This document shows positions 1 through 8,807 of a stretch of DNA of 64,000 nucleotides, in pieces. The notes under the pieces were generated by a model. The model did not search any database. It saw nothing but the letters and a program-made list of their open reading frames with translations, and was not told the origin of the DNA. Position 1 is the first letter of the stretch. The number at the start of each line of letters is the position of its first letter. A program made the translations under genes and the position numbers. Origin of the DNA: a virus; IMG/VR virus record IMGVR_UViG_3300036761_001580, positions 133,198 through 197,197 of that record; one strand, given 5' to 3'.

Positions 1-1532
1 ACGTCTTCCAGAGCCTCGGAGATGGAGGCCTTCGACTTCACGATGGCCTCCTCCCGCTCTGCGACGTTGTGCTCCACACGCTGGATCTCCCCGAGGCGCT
101 TCTCGACGTCATCCTTGTAGGCCGCGATCTGAGAGATCCTCTGAGTGTACTGCGTGCACAGCTCGTGGGCCTTCCGACCCTCGACCTCCAGAGCCTGCAT
201 CTCCCCGGTGATGCGCTCGTACTCCAGCGCGCTCTGCCTCAGGAGAGCCTTCTTCTCCGCGATCTGAGCCTCTACCGAGACGGCCTGCTGCAACCGCTCC
301 CGATGACGCAGAGCCCGAGCCTGTCGGATGCGCTCCTCCTCTTCGTTCTTGGCCTTCGTGAGCGCCTTCAGCTCCACTTCGAGGGTGGAGGCCCTGGACT
401 CTAGTCCAGTGATCTTCTCCGTGATAGAGGCCTTGGCCTTGGCCGAGATGGTCGCCCCGCAGGTCGGGCACTTGTCCACACTGCGGAGGTCCTTGCCGGA
501 GACGAGGGCGCGCAGCTCGCCGAGAGCCATGTCGCGCTCGCCGCGCTTGTTCTCCACCCTCTGAGCGAACGACAAGTCGAACTCCGGCAGCGAGAGATCC
601 GCGAACATGGGGTTCTTGAGGTCGCTCAGCTGGACGGACAGATCCGAGATCTCCTGAGAGAGGACTCCCGAGCCCGAGCGGTTGTACGCCTCCGTCTGGG
701 TGATCTTCCGGGCTGCCCACTCGTTCTGGAGCTTCAGCCGGTGGTCCTCCGCGAGCTTGAGCTGGTCCTGCGCCGATGCAGTGTCCAGATCGCACTTAAT
801 GAGGACCTGCCCCCAGTCGGCACTCTTCAGCTGAGAGAGGGCGCTTCTCATCTGCTCCAAGGCACCCTCGTCGTAGGCGATGCGCTGCTGAACCGACGAG
901 ATGTCCTGACCTACAGCGAGCTTCTTCGCCCGAGCGGAGACCAGGATCTCATCCCAGTCCTCGACGCCCGTGATGCCGGCCATGATGTCCATCCGGTCCT
1001 TGTTCGTCCCCCTCAAGAAGGTCGAACCGACCCGGTGGCTCAGATACGAGATGGAGAGGAACCGGCTGTAGGTGACCCCCACAGCAACCTGGACAAGTGT
1101 ACGGGTCTCCGCCATCGTTGCGCCGCGGCAGTCGACCCACTGGGAACCTTCGAGCTTGTCGAAGAACAGCGCGGTGCCCTTGTAGGAGGTCTTCGTGTTG
1201 TTGTCGACGGGGTAGTAGTCTTCCTTCCACCCGCGACAGTAGGTCACCCGGTAGTCGACACCTTCCCAGGAAGAGAAAGTGACCCTGCCGGCGTAGCCCT
1301 CGTTGAGGACCTGGTTCACGACCTCATTGCCATTTACGCCAGTTGGATTGTCTCCGAAGAGCACCTCGCAGAGAGCGTTGAAGAGGGAGGTCTTCCCCGC
1401 GCCGTTCGAGTCTCCACCCTTGTCCTCGTTCACCCCGATGAGGTTGACCAGACCACGACGCTGCACGTCGATGTCCGGAGATCGGCCGTACGAAAACAAC
1501 CCAGTCGGGTTCGCTGACTTGATGACGAGCAT
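1..1532 (-). CDS. sbcC: Rad50/SbcC-like ATPase (phage gp46-like); partial, C-terminus lies beyond the window start
   Basis: Not in the ORF track because it runs off the edge. Minus-strand translation from ATG at 1532 gives MLVIKSANPTGLFSYGRSPDIDVQ.., a Walker A P-loop NGAGKTSLFNAL, then long coiled coil containing the Rad50 zinc-hook motif CPTCG (VDKCPTCGATIS near plus 450-480). Lies immediately next to the Mre11-like gene. Confidence 0.8.
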   Translation of the reverse strand, partial: MLVIKSANPTGLFSYGRSPDIDVQRRGLVNLIGVNEDKGGDSNGAGKTSLFNALCEVLFGDNPTGVNGNEVVNQVLNEGYAGRVTFSSWEGVDYRVTYCRGWKEDYYPVDNNTKTSYKGTALFFDKLEGSQWVDCRGATMAETRTLVQVAVGVTYSRFLSISYLSHRVGSTFLRGTNKDRMDIMAGITGVEDWDEILVSARAKKLAVGQDISSVQQRIAYDEGALEQMRSALSQLKSADWGQVLIKCDLDTASAQDQLKLAEDHRLKLQNEWAARKITQTEAYNRSGSGVLSQEISDLSVQLSDLKNPMFADLSLPEFDLSFAQRVENKRGERDMALGELRALVSGKDLRSVDKCPTCGATISAKAKASITEKITGLESRASTLEVELKALTKAKNEEEERIRQARALRHRERLQQAVSVEAQIAEKKALLRQSALEYERITGEMQALEVEGRKAHELCTQYTQRISQIAAYKDDVEKRLGEIQRVEHNVAEREEAIVKSKASISEALED

Positions 1533-1533
1533 C

Positions 1534-1719
1534 TCAGTTATTCTTCCAAACCTGGCAGTTGCTCTTGATGTTGTCCCCGCGCGTCATCGGCCCTTTGCAG
1601 TGCTCGCACTTCGCCTCGGGGTGGACCTGGGGCTGCTCCTCGGTGTCGTTGAAGATGTCCTCCACCGTGGAACCGCAGCAGGCCTCGTTCAGACACACAT
1701 ACTCAACGATCTTCGCCAT
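1534..1719 (-). CDS. small Cys-rich (zinc-ribbon-like) protein, 61 aa
   Basis: Track ORF. CLNEACCGS ... CEHCKG cysteine pairs. Packed between Mre11-like and Rad50-like genes; its TGA stop is 1 nt from the Rad50 ATG. Confidence 0.4.
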   Translation of the reverse strand: MAKIVEYVCLNEACCGSTVEDIFNDTEEQPQVHPEAKCEHCKGPMTRGDNIKSNCQVWKNN

Positions 1720-1723
1720 CGCC

Positions 1724-1960
1724 CTACTCCTTGTCCTTGGGAAGAACCTTGCGCTCTACCACAAGGCAGCTCTCTTCGACCTCGACCTCAAACGTCGGGA
1801 GAATGATGGTCAGAACACCCTTCACGAACTCCTCGTTGCAGTTGAAGTACAACTGCATGTTCTGAACCATCCCCAGCGCCTCTCCAGAAGGGCTGATGAT
1901 CTTGGTGCCATTGCTCGTACCGTCCGAAACGATCTTCCACTTCTTCATGGCCTCAACCAT
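1724..1960 (-). CDS. hypothetical protein, 78 aa
   Basis: Track ORF filling the gap between flanking genes on the coding strand. Composition is not Arg/Gly-rich. 8-nt overlap with the upstream gene. Confidence 0.35.
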   Translation of the reverse strand: MVEAMKKWKIVSDGTSNGTKIISPSGEALGMVQNMQLYFNCNEEFVKGVLTIILPTFEVEVEESCLVVERKVLPKDKE

Positions 1961-3080
1961 TCTGAACCTCCCTCAGCTTCGTCACCATCGCGCTGATCCT
2001 GTCAGGCGACAGCCCTCCGACGTTTGCGAACCCACTCTGCATGTAGAGCGTCAGGTCGTCGAGCACCCCACGGGAGGTGCTGAAGTCCACGATGGCGGTC
2101 TCGTTCTCGACCTTGTACTCGCGGATGATGTCGACGCTCCTCGCGAGCATGATGTCCTTGTAGTTCTTCCAGCGAGAGTCGTCCGCCACACGGTCGACGT
2201 CCTTCCGGTTCCCCACGAGCTTCACCTCGACCGCCTGGTCGGTGATGTAGGTCTCGTTGATCTTGATTTCCTCGTACTGTGTCGCCGGCCCGACCTGCCA
2301 GATCTCCCGGTGGAAGTAGTTCCGGGTCGCTCGGAACTCCGTAGTGACCGTCCACTTCGTATCGTCCCAGACGGCCGTCACCTCGATCCACCCACGAGGC
2401 TTGTCGGCATCTGCGCGCGTCCTCTGCAAGACGGATCCCGTGTAGCCCCCTAAGGTGTGCGCGAAGGGGATCTTCTGAGGAACGTGGATGTCCCCTCCGA
2501 TCACGAAGTCCCACCAGTCCCGGTCGAGCTGCGCGATATCGATCCCGTTGTCGAACACCCGAGCCGAGGTGTCCGACATCAACGAGCCCTTCACGATGCC
2601 GTGAAACAGGAACAAGTTGAAGAAGGGCTTCCCGTGAGTAGGCTGGTAGATCTTCTCGTCGAACGGAGCATCCGCAGGGAGCGCATGGATGATGTAGTCA
2701 GCGTTCTCATGCCCGGGAAACAACGGCGTTCCAGGCTTGTCCATGATGACGAGGTTCGGGATCGACCTCAAGGACTCTGACGTGTGCCACGACCGGTTGT
2801 TCCTCGTCCAGTCATGATTCCCCACTAGATGGAAGTGAGGTGCGTCCGGTCGCATCGAAAGGAAGTACGCAAGCGCACGGTCGCACCTGACCTTGATCTC
2901 ATCCTCAGGCTCACGCTTCAGGTAGCGATCCCCGACGAACACCGAGAAGTCGAACTTGCCCTCGGCGACACGCTGATGCACCTGCTGCTCGATCCCCAGG
3001 GTGTCCTGCATCGTGAGGCACCGGGCGGCCTTCCGGTCGTGGTGGATGTCTCCATAAGCTATGAACCTGAGAGTCTTCAT
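1953..3080 (-). CDS. sbcD: Mre11/SbcD-like DNA repair nuclease (calcineurin-like phosphoesterase, phage gp47-like)
   Basis: Phosphoesterase motifs AYGDIHHD, VFVGDRY, LVGNHDW, GGDIHV. 375 aa. Adjacent to the Rad50-like gene. Confidence 0.85.
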   Translation of the reverse strand: MKTLRFIAYGDIHHDRKAARCLTMQDTLGIEQQVHQRVAEGKFDFSVFVGDRYLKREPEDEIKVRCDRALAYFLSMRPDAPHFHLVGNHDWTRNNRSWHTSESLRSIPNLVIMDKPGTPLFPGHENADYIIHALPADAPFDEKIYQPTHGKPFFNLFLFHGIVKGSLMSDTSARVFDNGIDIAQLDRDWWDFVIGGDIHVPQKIPFAHTLGGYTGSVLQRTRADADKPRGWIEVTAVWDDTKWTVTTEFRATRNYFHREIWQVGPATQYEEIKINETYITDQAVEVKLVGNRKDVDRVADDSRWKNYKDIMLARSVDIIREYKVENETAIVDFSTSRGVLDDLTLYMQSGFANVGGLSPDRISAMVTKLREVQNG

Positions 3081-3352
3081 GCTCGGGCACTTTCCGACCG
3101 CGGCATCGCGGACGTGTTGACCATGGACACGAACGTGAGGAGCACCGGATAGAGCTTCCGAACGAAATCCTGAAGCTCCACGAGTGAGTCCTCCAGAGAA
3201 GACCCTGAGGTGACCCTCGGGGACGTCTTCAGGAAGCGCAGCACGAGGTACTCACACAGCACGTCCACGTCCTCCAGTAGGAATTCATCCCCGAGGCACC
3301 CCAGGGCCTCACGAACAACCTCCCGGTACCTGTTCTCAAGCGGCGGTCGCAT
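3077..3352 (-). CDS. hypothetical protein (~92 aa, start trimmed to internal ATG)
   Basis: The track ORF 3077..3490 has an Arg-rich N-terminal part that overlaps the RecA C-terminus out of frame. The internal M (MRPPLENRYREVV..) at 3352 removes most of the overlap. Confidence 0.35.
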   Translation of the reverse strand: MRPPLENRYREVVREALGCLGDEFLLEDVDVLCEYLVLRFLKTSPRVTSGSSLEDSLVELQDFVRKLYPVLLTFVSMVNTSAMPRSESARA

Positions 3353-4391
3353 TTTCCTTCTCCAGGACCGCCTTCTTGATGGCTTCCTGCATCTCCAAGT
3401 TCTTCCCGAGGAAGTCCTTCGCAGCGATCTCGCCGTTCCCCAAGCGCTCGCCGTTGAACGAGTACCAGGAGCCGGCCGCCTCGATGACACCGTAGCGCTT
3501 CCCGGTCACGAAGATGTCCGCTGCCGGGAGGAACCCCCAGCCGTAGTACAGGTCCACGTCGGTGTTCCTGAACGGCATGGAGACCTTGTTCTTCATCACC
3601 TTGATGTGCGTAATCTGGCCTATCGGAGGAGCATTCTCCCCGACACCTTTGAGCTTGGTACCTTGTTTGACTTCGATGCGCTGCGAAGCGTAGAACTTGA
3701 GGGCGTTCCCTCCTGTGGTCGTCTCCGGGTTACCGAACACCACTCCGATCTTCATACGGAGCTGGTTGATGAAGACCAGGATGACCCCAGAGACAGAGAC
3801 AGTGTGCGTCAGCTTCCTCAGGGCCTGGCTCATGAGCCGAGCTTGGAGGCCCATGTGAGAATCCCCCATCTCTCCGTCCAGCTCGGTCTGCGGAACCAGG
3901 GCCGCCACGGAGTCCACGACGATCATGTCCCCGGCCTTCATGTGGTCGCAGAGGTTCTCGACCAACCTGAGAGCGTGCTCCGCGTTGTCGGGCTGCGCGA
4001 AAAGGGTCTTCGACCAGTCGATCCCGAGGACCTTCCCGTACGTCGGATACAGGGCATGCTCCAGGTCGATGAACGCTGCCGTTCCACCCCTGCGGTTCAC
4101 CTCAGCGATGGCGTGCAGGGTGAGGGTCGTCTTCCCGGAGGACTCAGGACCATAGACCTCAATGACACGACCCAAGGGGTACCCACCCCCCGTAGCAATG
4201 TCGACGCTCAGGATCCCCGAAGAAGACCGCGGCACGTTCTCCAGCTTCGTGCCTTCCAGCATCTGGATCCCGTAGACGTCGCTCTCCTTCTCCGCCTGGA
4301 TCTTGCGGAGAATATCCACTGCCGGCTCGACCACGGGTTCCGCGGCCTTCTTCTCTTTGTCCTTAGCCACGAGAGACCCCCTTCCTACCAC
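3336..4391 (-). CDS. recA: RecA recombinase
   Basis: Canonical RecA motifs: GRVIEVYGPESSGKTTLTLH (Walker A), IVVDSVAALVP (Walker B), FINQLRMKIGVVFGNPETTTGGNALKFYASQRIE. GTG start overlaps the upstream stop as GTGGTAG. Confidence 0.92.
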   Translation of the reverse strand: MVGRGSLVAKDKEKKAAEPVVEPAVDILRKIQAEKESDVYGIQMLEGTKLENVPRSSSGILSVDIATGGGYPLGRVIEVYGPESSGKTTLTLHAIAEVNRRGGTAAFIDLEHALYPTYGKVLGIDWSKTLFAQPDNAEHALRLVENLCDHMKAGDMIVVDSVAALVPQTELDGEMGDSHMGLQARLMSQALRKLTHTVSVSGVILVFINQLRMKIGVVFGNPETTTGGNALKFYASQRIEVKQGTKLKGVGENAPPIGQITHIKVMKNKVSMPFRNTDVDLYYGWGFLPAADIFVTGKRYGVIEAAGSWYSFNGERLGNGEIAAKDFLGKNLEMQEAIKKAVLEKENATAA

Positions 4392-6178
4392 TGTCGCATC
4401 GGCGGACCACCGGCACCCTCAGCGGGAGGGGTCGGAGCCCTGTCCGGAGGCGGCGGAGCGAAGCCGGGCACCACCCCAATCGGCGGAACCGTGCCCGGAG
4501 GCGGCACGGCCGGAGGCTGATTCGGCACCGGGGCCCCACCGTACGACTGCTGGGGCGGCTGCATGTTCGGCGGCGGAGCCATGGGCGGCATGCCCTGCGG
4601 GGGGGCTCCACCGGCCATGGGAGGCGTTCCCGGAGGCATCTGCCCTTGGGGCTGCCCGTACTGCTGCGGAGGCTGCTGAGCCGCGGGAGGCGCTCCTGGG
4701 GGCATCCCCGGGGGCATTCCCTGAGGCGGCTGCCCGGGAGGCGTACCGTACTGCTGCTGCGCCGGGTACTGCGGAGCCGGGGCCTGCTGGATCGGAGCCA
4801 TGCCCGGGTACGGAGCCGACTGCGGAGCCTGCGCCGGGGGAGCCTGGTAGGGCATCTGCTGCGCCGGGGGCTGGGCCTGGCCGTACTGGGGCTGGCCCAT
4901 CGGGGGCTGTCCCGGAGGGGCTCCCAAGGGATTCGAACCCGGGGGCAGACCAGCAGGCATGCCCGGAGGAGGCATTATGGGCGTCTGGCCGGCGTTCCCG
5001 ACCGGAGGATACCCCGTAGCACCTGCCCAGCCGGCTGCCTGAGGGCTGCCCATGGGAGCGCCGTACGCGGGCTGTCCCTGCGGAGGCTGTCCCTGCGGAG
5101 GCTGTCCCTGCGGGACGATCCCACCGGTCATCTGCTGCTGTGCCTGCTGGTAGTCGTTCCCCGCGGACTTCGTCTGACTGACGTAGTGGAGCCCCTCTTC
5201 GTAGGTGACGAGGTGAACCAGCGTCTCCGTCGGGTCGACCAGCGCGGCGTAGTTCTGGATGTACGCGATCCACTCCGGCGAGTACTGGAAGAACCTGTTG
5301 TTGAACACGGCATCGTACTCCGTGTCGCGCAGGTTGTTCTTCTTGCACTTGCTCGTGTCCTTCACGATGGAAATGATCGGGAACCCGCTGGGCGTGTTCT
5401 CGAAGAACCGGAGACCTTGCGGAGCCCCACCGGACGCGGCCCCGCCGTCGAACAGCCGAAGCAGCTTCGAGTGCACCGACTTCGGAGCGAACCACGCCTG
5501 GTGCAGCGTGGCCGGGTCATCACCCTCGCCCAGGGGACGCGCCCCTACGAACTTGTCGTGATCGAAGATCGCCAGGAAGTACTTGTCCTGGGCACCGATG
5601 TCGCGAGCCGCCCTCTTCGTCACCGACAAGACCGGATCCCTCGTGCACATGTCCCGGTAGCCGTCCGCCGAGAGGGCCTTCTTGTCGATCCCGAGAGCCT
5701 CCCACCGGGCATTGAAGAGATCCCACTGGCGCTGTGACTCCTCGCAGTGTGCGCAACGCACGGGCTGCTCGAACAACGGACCACGGCCCAAGGACTCCTG
5801 GAGGTACTTGTTGATCCCGATAGGGCAGAGCACCGAGGCGAAGCCCGTCGATCCGTCCGGCCGACTGAACTTGTCGACCTGGTGGATCGGGAGCTTGAAG
5901 TAGAAGGTGTAGATCGGGTTCGACGGATCGAGACCCACCAGAGTGGACCCGGGGATGGGAGCGCACATGCGGTACTTCCGACGCATCTCCTCCGTCGGGT
6001 TGAACATCTTCCAAGCGTGCGGGGTGAACAGTGGGAGGAGCACGTTGTTGAAGTGCACCATCCCTTCCTTGTTCGGAAGTGGACGCCACAGCTCCTTCAC
6101 GAGCGGGCCCTTTCGGTCCTCGTTGTCACGCTCTCTCTGATACGGCATCGAAAACTCGCCCATAGGCTTCCTCCTCAC
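4385..6178 (-). CDS. putative ssDNA-binding protein (tentatively gp32-like Zn-binding N-terminal domain) with a ~270-aa Pro/Gln/Gly-rich low-complexity C-terminal region
   Basis: 597-aa ORF. The N-terminal ~330 aa is globular with candidate metal ligands MCAP..H..CPIG..RCAHCEE. The C-terminal half consists of PQGQPPQGQPPQGQP-type repeats, encoded in part by 15-nt tandem DNA repeats at 5071..5115. It sits between recA and other replication genes where an SSB is expected. The assignment is inference only. Confidence 0.3.
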   Translation of the reverse strand: MRRKPMGEFSMPYQRERDNEDRKGPLVKELWRPLPNKEGMVHFNNVLLPLFTPHAWKMFNPTEEMRRKYRMCAPIPGSTLVGLDPSNPIYTFYFKLPIHQVDKFSRPDGSTGFASVLCPIGINKYLQESLGRGPLFEQPVRCAHCEESQRQWDLFNARWEALGIDKKALSADGYRDMCTRDPVLSVTKRAARDIGAQDKYFLAIFDHDKFVGARPLGEGDDPATLHQAWFAPKSVHSKLLRLFDGGAASGGAPQGLRFFENTPSGFPIISIVKDTSKCKKNNLRDTEYDAVFNNRFFQYSPEWIAYIQNYAALVDPTETLVHLVTYEEGLHYVSQTKSAGNDYQQAQQQMTGGIVPQGQPPQGQPPQGQPAYGAPMGSPQAAGWAGATGYPPVGNAGQTPIMPPPGMPAGLPPGSNPLGAPPGQPPMGQPQYGQAQPPAQQMPYQAPPAQAPQSAPYPGMAPIQQAPAPQYPAQQQYGTPPGQPPQGMPPGMPPGAPPAAQQPPQQYGQPQGQMPPGTPPMAGGAPPQGMPPMAPPPNMQPPQQSYGGAPVPNQPPAVPPPGTVPPIGVVPGFAPPPPDRAPTPPAEGAGGPPMRQW

Positions 6179-6195
6179 CGCCTCACTGGCGGTAG

Positions 6196-6858
6196 CTAGC
6201 TCTTTCTGTACCCACCAGCCGCCTCCATGATGGCGGCCTCGTTCACACTCATCGGACCCACGTTACCGAACTTCGCCATGAAGGCCCTGGCGTAAGCTCC
6301 CAAGTGGAAGGACTTGTCATGCAGCTTGGACGCAATACTCTTCACCAGATCCGCGTCCTCCTTGAGCTTCGACGCCGTCTCGCTGACGGTCTCGAAGTAC
6401 CACGGAGGCGTCAGCATCTGATACTTGTACATCACCTTGTAGTACTCATCGAAAGTGCCCGCGAAGCGCTTCTTGATCGCGAAGTCGTGAGCCTGCGCCG
6501 CGTACTTCTTGCGCTCAGTCTCGGACGTGTCCGCAGCGTAGATCTGCACCGCCATGTCCTGAACCGCAGGTCCTGTCGGCTTCGGCTCCCCGTACGCAGC
6601 CAGAACCTCCCTGGAGTAGGTATTGCTATGCGCCCACCACTTCTTCGCCCAGACATCCACGAAGTTCTCGTGCCTGGACGACAACCGGATCGACAACGCC
6701 TCCCAGTACGACTGGTTGCCGGAATGCGTCCTCAGAAGGTGCTCCACGTCCTCCGGATTGAAGGTCAGCATGGCCTCGACGTCCTGCTGGAGAAGACTCT
6801 CGTCCAGAGCGACGTTCACCTGGTTGCCGTTGATGGCTATAGAGTACCTTCCCGCCAA
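6196..6858 (-). CDS. hypothetical protein, 220 aa
   Basis: Track ORF in the coding strand of the operon. Balanced composition. No motif recognised. Confidence 0.5.
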   Translation of the reverse strand: MAGRYSIAINGNQVNVALDESLLQQDVEAMLTFNPEDVEHLLRTHSGNQSYWEALSIRLSSRHENFVDVWAKKWWAHSNTYSREVLAAYGEPKPTGPAVQDMAVQIYAADTSETERKKYAAQAHDFAIKKRFAGTFDEYYKVMYKYQMLTPPWYFETVSETASKLKEDADLVKSIASKLHDKSFHLGAYARAFMAKFGNVGPMSVNEAAIMEAAGGYRKS

Positions 6859-6861
6859 GTT

Positions 6862-7551
6862 CTACTCCTGCGGAGGAACCCCGGACGGCATCGTGCCGGA
6901 AGGGATCCCTTGGTGCACAGCCACCTCGAAGGTCGCGCCACCCTTGTTCAGCTGCTCCGCGAATCTGGAAGCCGCGTTCTCGGCAGCCGCCAGATCGACG
7001 GGATCGGTCTGGTTGATGATCCCCGAGGACCAGTACACGCCGAACCGGTACAGCACCCTCTTGAAGTCCTGCGTGTCGTGCGGAACGAGCCCGTCCATGG
7101 CCGGCTTGATGTGCGTCAGCTCGTGGTACAAGGTGATCCTCTCCAAGGTCGCCCTGAGCATCTCCGCGCTCTCGCTCACACCAGCCTTGGCCCTCAGAGC
7201 GGTGTCGTTGATCATGACGACGTACCTGATGTCCATCAGATCAGCTTCGAGCCCCCGCAGCTGCGTGAGATCGAGCATCCCCATGGACCCGAGAGTCGCG
7301 AGAACGTAGCGGGCTACGAGAGGGTCCGGAGCGTTCCCGAGGTACTTGATCTTGCCGAGCCACGTCGTGCTGCTAACCCCTATCGCGCGAACGAATACGA
7401 CGTGCCCCAACTTGACGTGTTCGAGATCCTCCGAATACCGCTCGACCAACTCCTCCGCCATCGTTTTCAGAGACTCGTCGAGCACCCAACGGTCGCCCTT
7501 CGGGCCCACGAACTCCGCTATGCTCTGGAAGGCTTCCGACTGTGTCGTCAT
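6862..7551 (-). CDS. hypothetical protein with HExxH motif (possible zinc-metallopeptidase-like), 229 aa
   Basis: LYHELTHIKP contains HELTH. No further peptidase motifs were verified. Confidence 0.45.
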   Translation of the reverse strand: MTTQSEAFQSIAEFVGPKGDRWVLDESLKTMAEELVERYSEDLEHVKLGHVVFVRAIGVSSTTWLGKIKYLGNAPDPLVARYVLATLGSMGMLDLTQLRGLEADLMDIRYVVMINDTALRAKAGVSESAEMLRATLERITLYHELTHIKPAMDGLVPHDTQDFKRVLYRFGVYWSSGIINQTDPVDLAAAENAASRFAEQLNKGGATFEVAVHQGIPSGTMPSGVPPQE

Positions 7552-7741
7552 GAACCACTCTCCTGAACTCTTCCGGCGTCAGCCGTACTCTTTCTTCGAT
7601 CCCACAGTTCCCGCAGTAGACCACCAAGTCAACGTACTTTTCGGTCTCGAAGCTACCCCGTTTCCGCATCCACCTCCGGCACTCCGGGCATTGAATGTTC
7701 ACGAACCAAGGGGGCCTGTACTCCTCACTGCCCACATCCAC
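7373..7741 (-). CDS. possible small zinc-ribbon protein (boundaries uncertain)
   Basis: N-terminal CPECRRW...CGNCG looks like a zinc ribbon. The C-terminal third is Gly/Arg-rich and overlaps gene 6862..7551 out of frame for ~180 nt, so the true extent is unclear. Confidence 0.3.
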   Translation of the reverse strand: MDVGSEEYRPPWFVNIQCPECRRWMRKRGSFETEKYVDLVVYCGNCGIEERVRLTPEEFRRVVHDDTVGSLPEHSGVRGPEGRPLGARRVSENDGGGVGRAVFGGSRTRQVGARRIRSRDRG

Positions 7742-8807
7742 ACGCCTTCACCGCGAACATGCCCCAGATGACCTTCGGGTTCGAAGTCGTCCTCATGAAC
7801 TCGACGGTCACCTCCCACTCCCGGACCAGGCGTTCAACGTCAGGGAGCCTTAATCTTAAATTACGAGAAAACCCTTCGAAGGTTAGACCACTCAGGCACT
7901 CGACATTTTCTGAAGGAATACCTGCAAGAAACATCGAAAAGTCCCGCAACAACACAGGAATTCCCTCTATAAATAGGTTCTGAAGGTCCCAACCCTCGTA
8001 ATACCAGCATCGAATTTTTTCTAAAAAAAGTCTCAAATCCTTCCGATCCAGGACCTCCGCGAGCTGTCCGTACTCCTCCCGAGAGATGACCCCAACGGAA
8101 TCTCGGAGGAGGTTGACGTCGACAACACCGTCACCCGCGGCCAAGACCATGCTTTCGAGGATCTGCTGCGCGTCCCTGAGAGAGCCCCCTCCGAGCATCC
8201 CCAAGCGGTTCACGAAGTCCTCGGTGTACTGCCGACCCTCGGCGGTGAGGATCATCCTGGCGTTGTCCGCGACCTCCTTCGAGTTGAGCACCCTCAGAGG
8301 AGCCGAAAGGCACCTCGACCTGAGCGTGTCCTCGACCTTCTGAGGGTCCGTGGACGCCAGCAGGAACACAGTCCGTGGCGGAGGGTCTTCGACCTGCTTG
8401 AGCAGTGCGGCCTGAGCCTGCTTCGAGAGCATGTGGCACTCGTCGAGGATCAGAACGCGGTACTTGTGGATCACCGTCTGACGCAGGATCCCTTCCAGGT
8501 CACGCACGTCGTCGACCCCGTTGTAGGACGCTGCGTCCCTTTCAAGGATCGAAAGATGAGAGTCGGCCGCTTCTCGGCAGGAAGGGCACGTTCCGCACAG
8601 GTCGCCCACGGTCTTGAAGTTCTCGCAATTCAGCGCGCGAGCGTACAGCCGGGCCAAGGTGGTCTTCCCGGTGCCCCGAGTACCGGCGAAGAGGATCGCC
8701 GCCGGTACTCGGTCCATCAGAATCGAGTTCCTCAAGATCCGGCACGTCACCGGCTGGCCGACGACCTGTGCGAACGTCGCAGGTCGGTATTTTACCGAAT
8801 ACTGCAT
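7725..8807 (-). CDS. dnaX: DnaX-like clamp loader ATPase (DNA polymerase III gamma/tau-like, AAA+)
   Basis: KYRPATFAQVVGQ box, Walker A GTRGTGKTTLARL, Walker B ILDECHML, sensor-1 TLRSRC. The start was trimmed to the internal ATG at 8807 (MQYSVKYRP), which overlaps the upstream stop as TGATG. Confidence 0.8.
   Translation of the reverse strand: MQYSVKYRPATFAQVVGQPVTCRILRNSILMDRVPAAILFAGTRGTGKTTLARLYARALNCENFKTVGDLCGTCPSCREAADSHLSILERDAASYNGVDDVRDLEGILRQTVIHKYRVLILDECHMLSKQAQAALLKQVEDPPPRTVFLLASTDPQKVEDTLRSRCLSAPLRVLNSKEVADNARMILTAEGRQYTEDFVNRLGMLGGGSLRDAQQILESMVLAAGDGVVDVNLLRDSVGVISREEYGQLAEVLDRKDLRLFLEKIRCWYYEGWDLQNLFIEGIPVLLRDFSMFLAGIPSENVECLSGLTFEGFSRNLRLRLPDVERLVREWEVTVEFMRTTSNPKVIWGMFAVKACGCGQ

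Noticed and set aside
109-795. 228-aa minus-strand ORF rich in Arg/Gly
   Set aside because: It is an alternative frame inside the Rad50/SbcC-like gene, whose true frame carries Walker A and the CPTCG zinc hook. Compositional artefact.
5071-5115. 15-nt direct tandem repeats (gctgtccctgcggag x3) considered as CRISPR-like or iteron-like element
   Set aside because: Only three adjacent units with no spacers. They lie in frame inside a coding region where they encode PQGQP repeats. Interpreted as a coding microsatellite.
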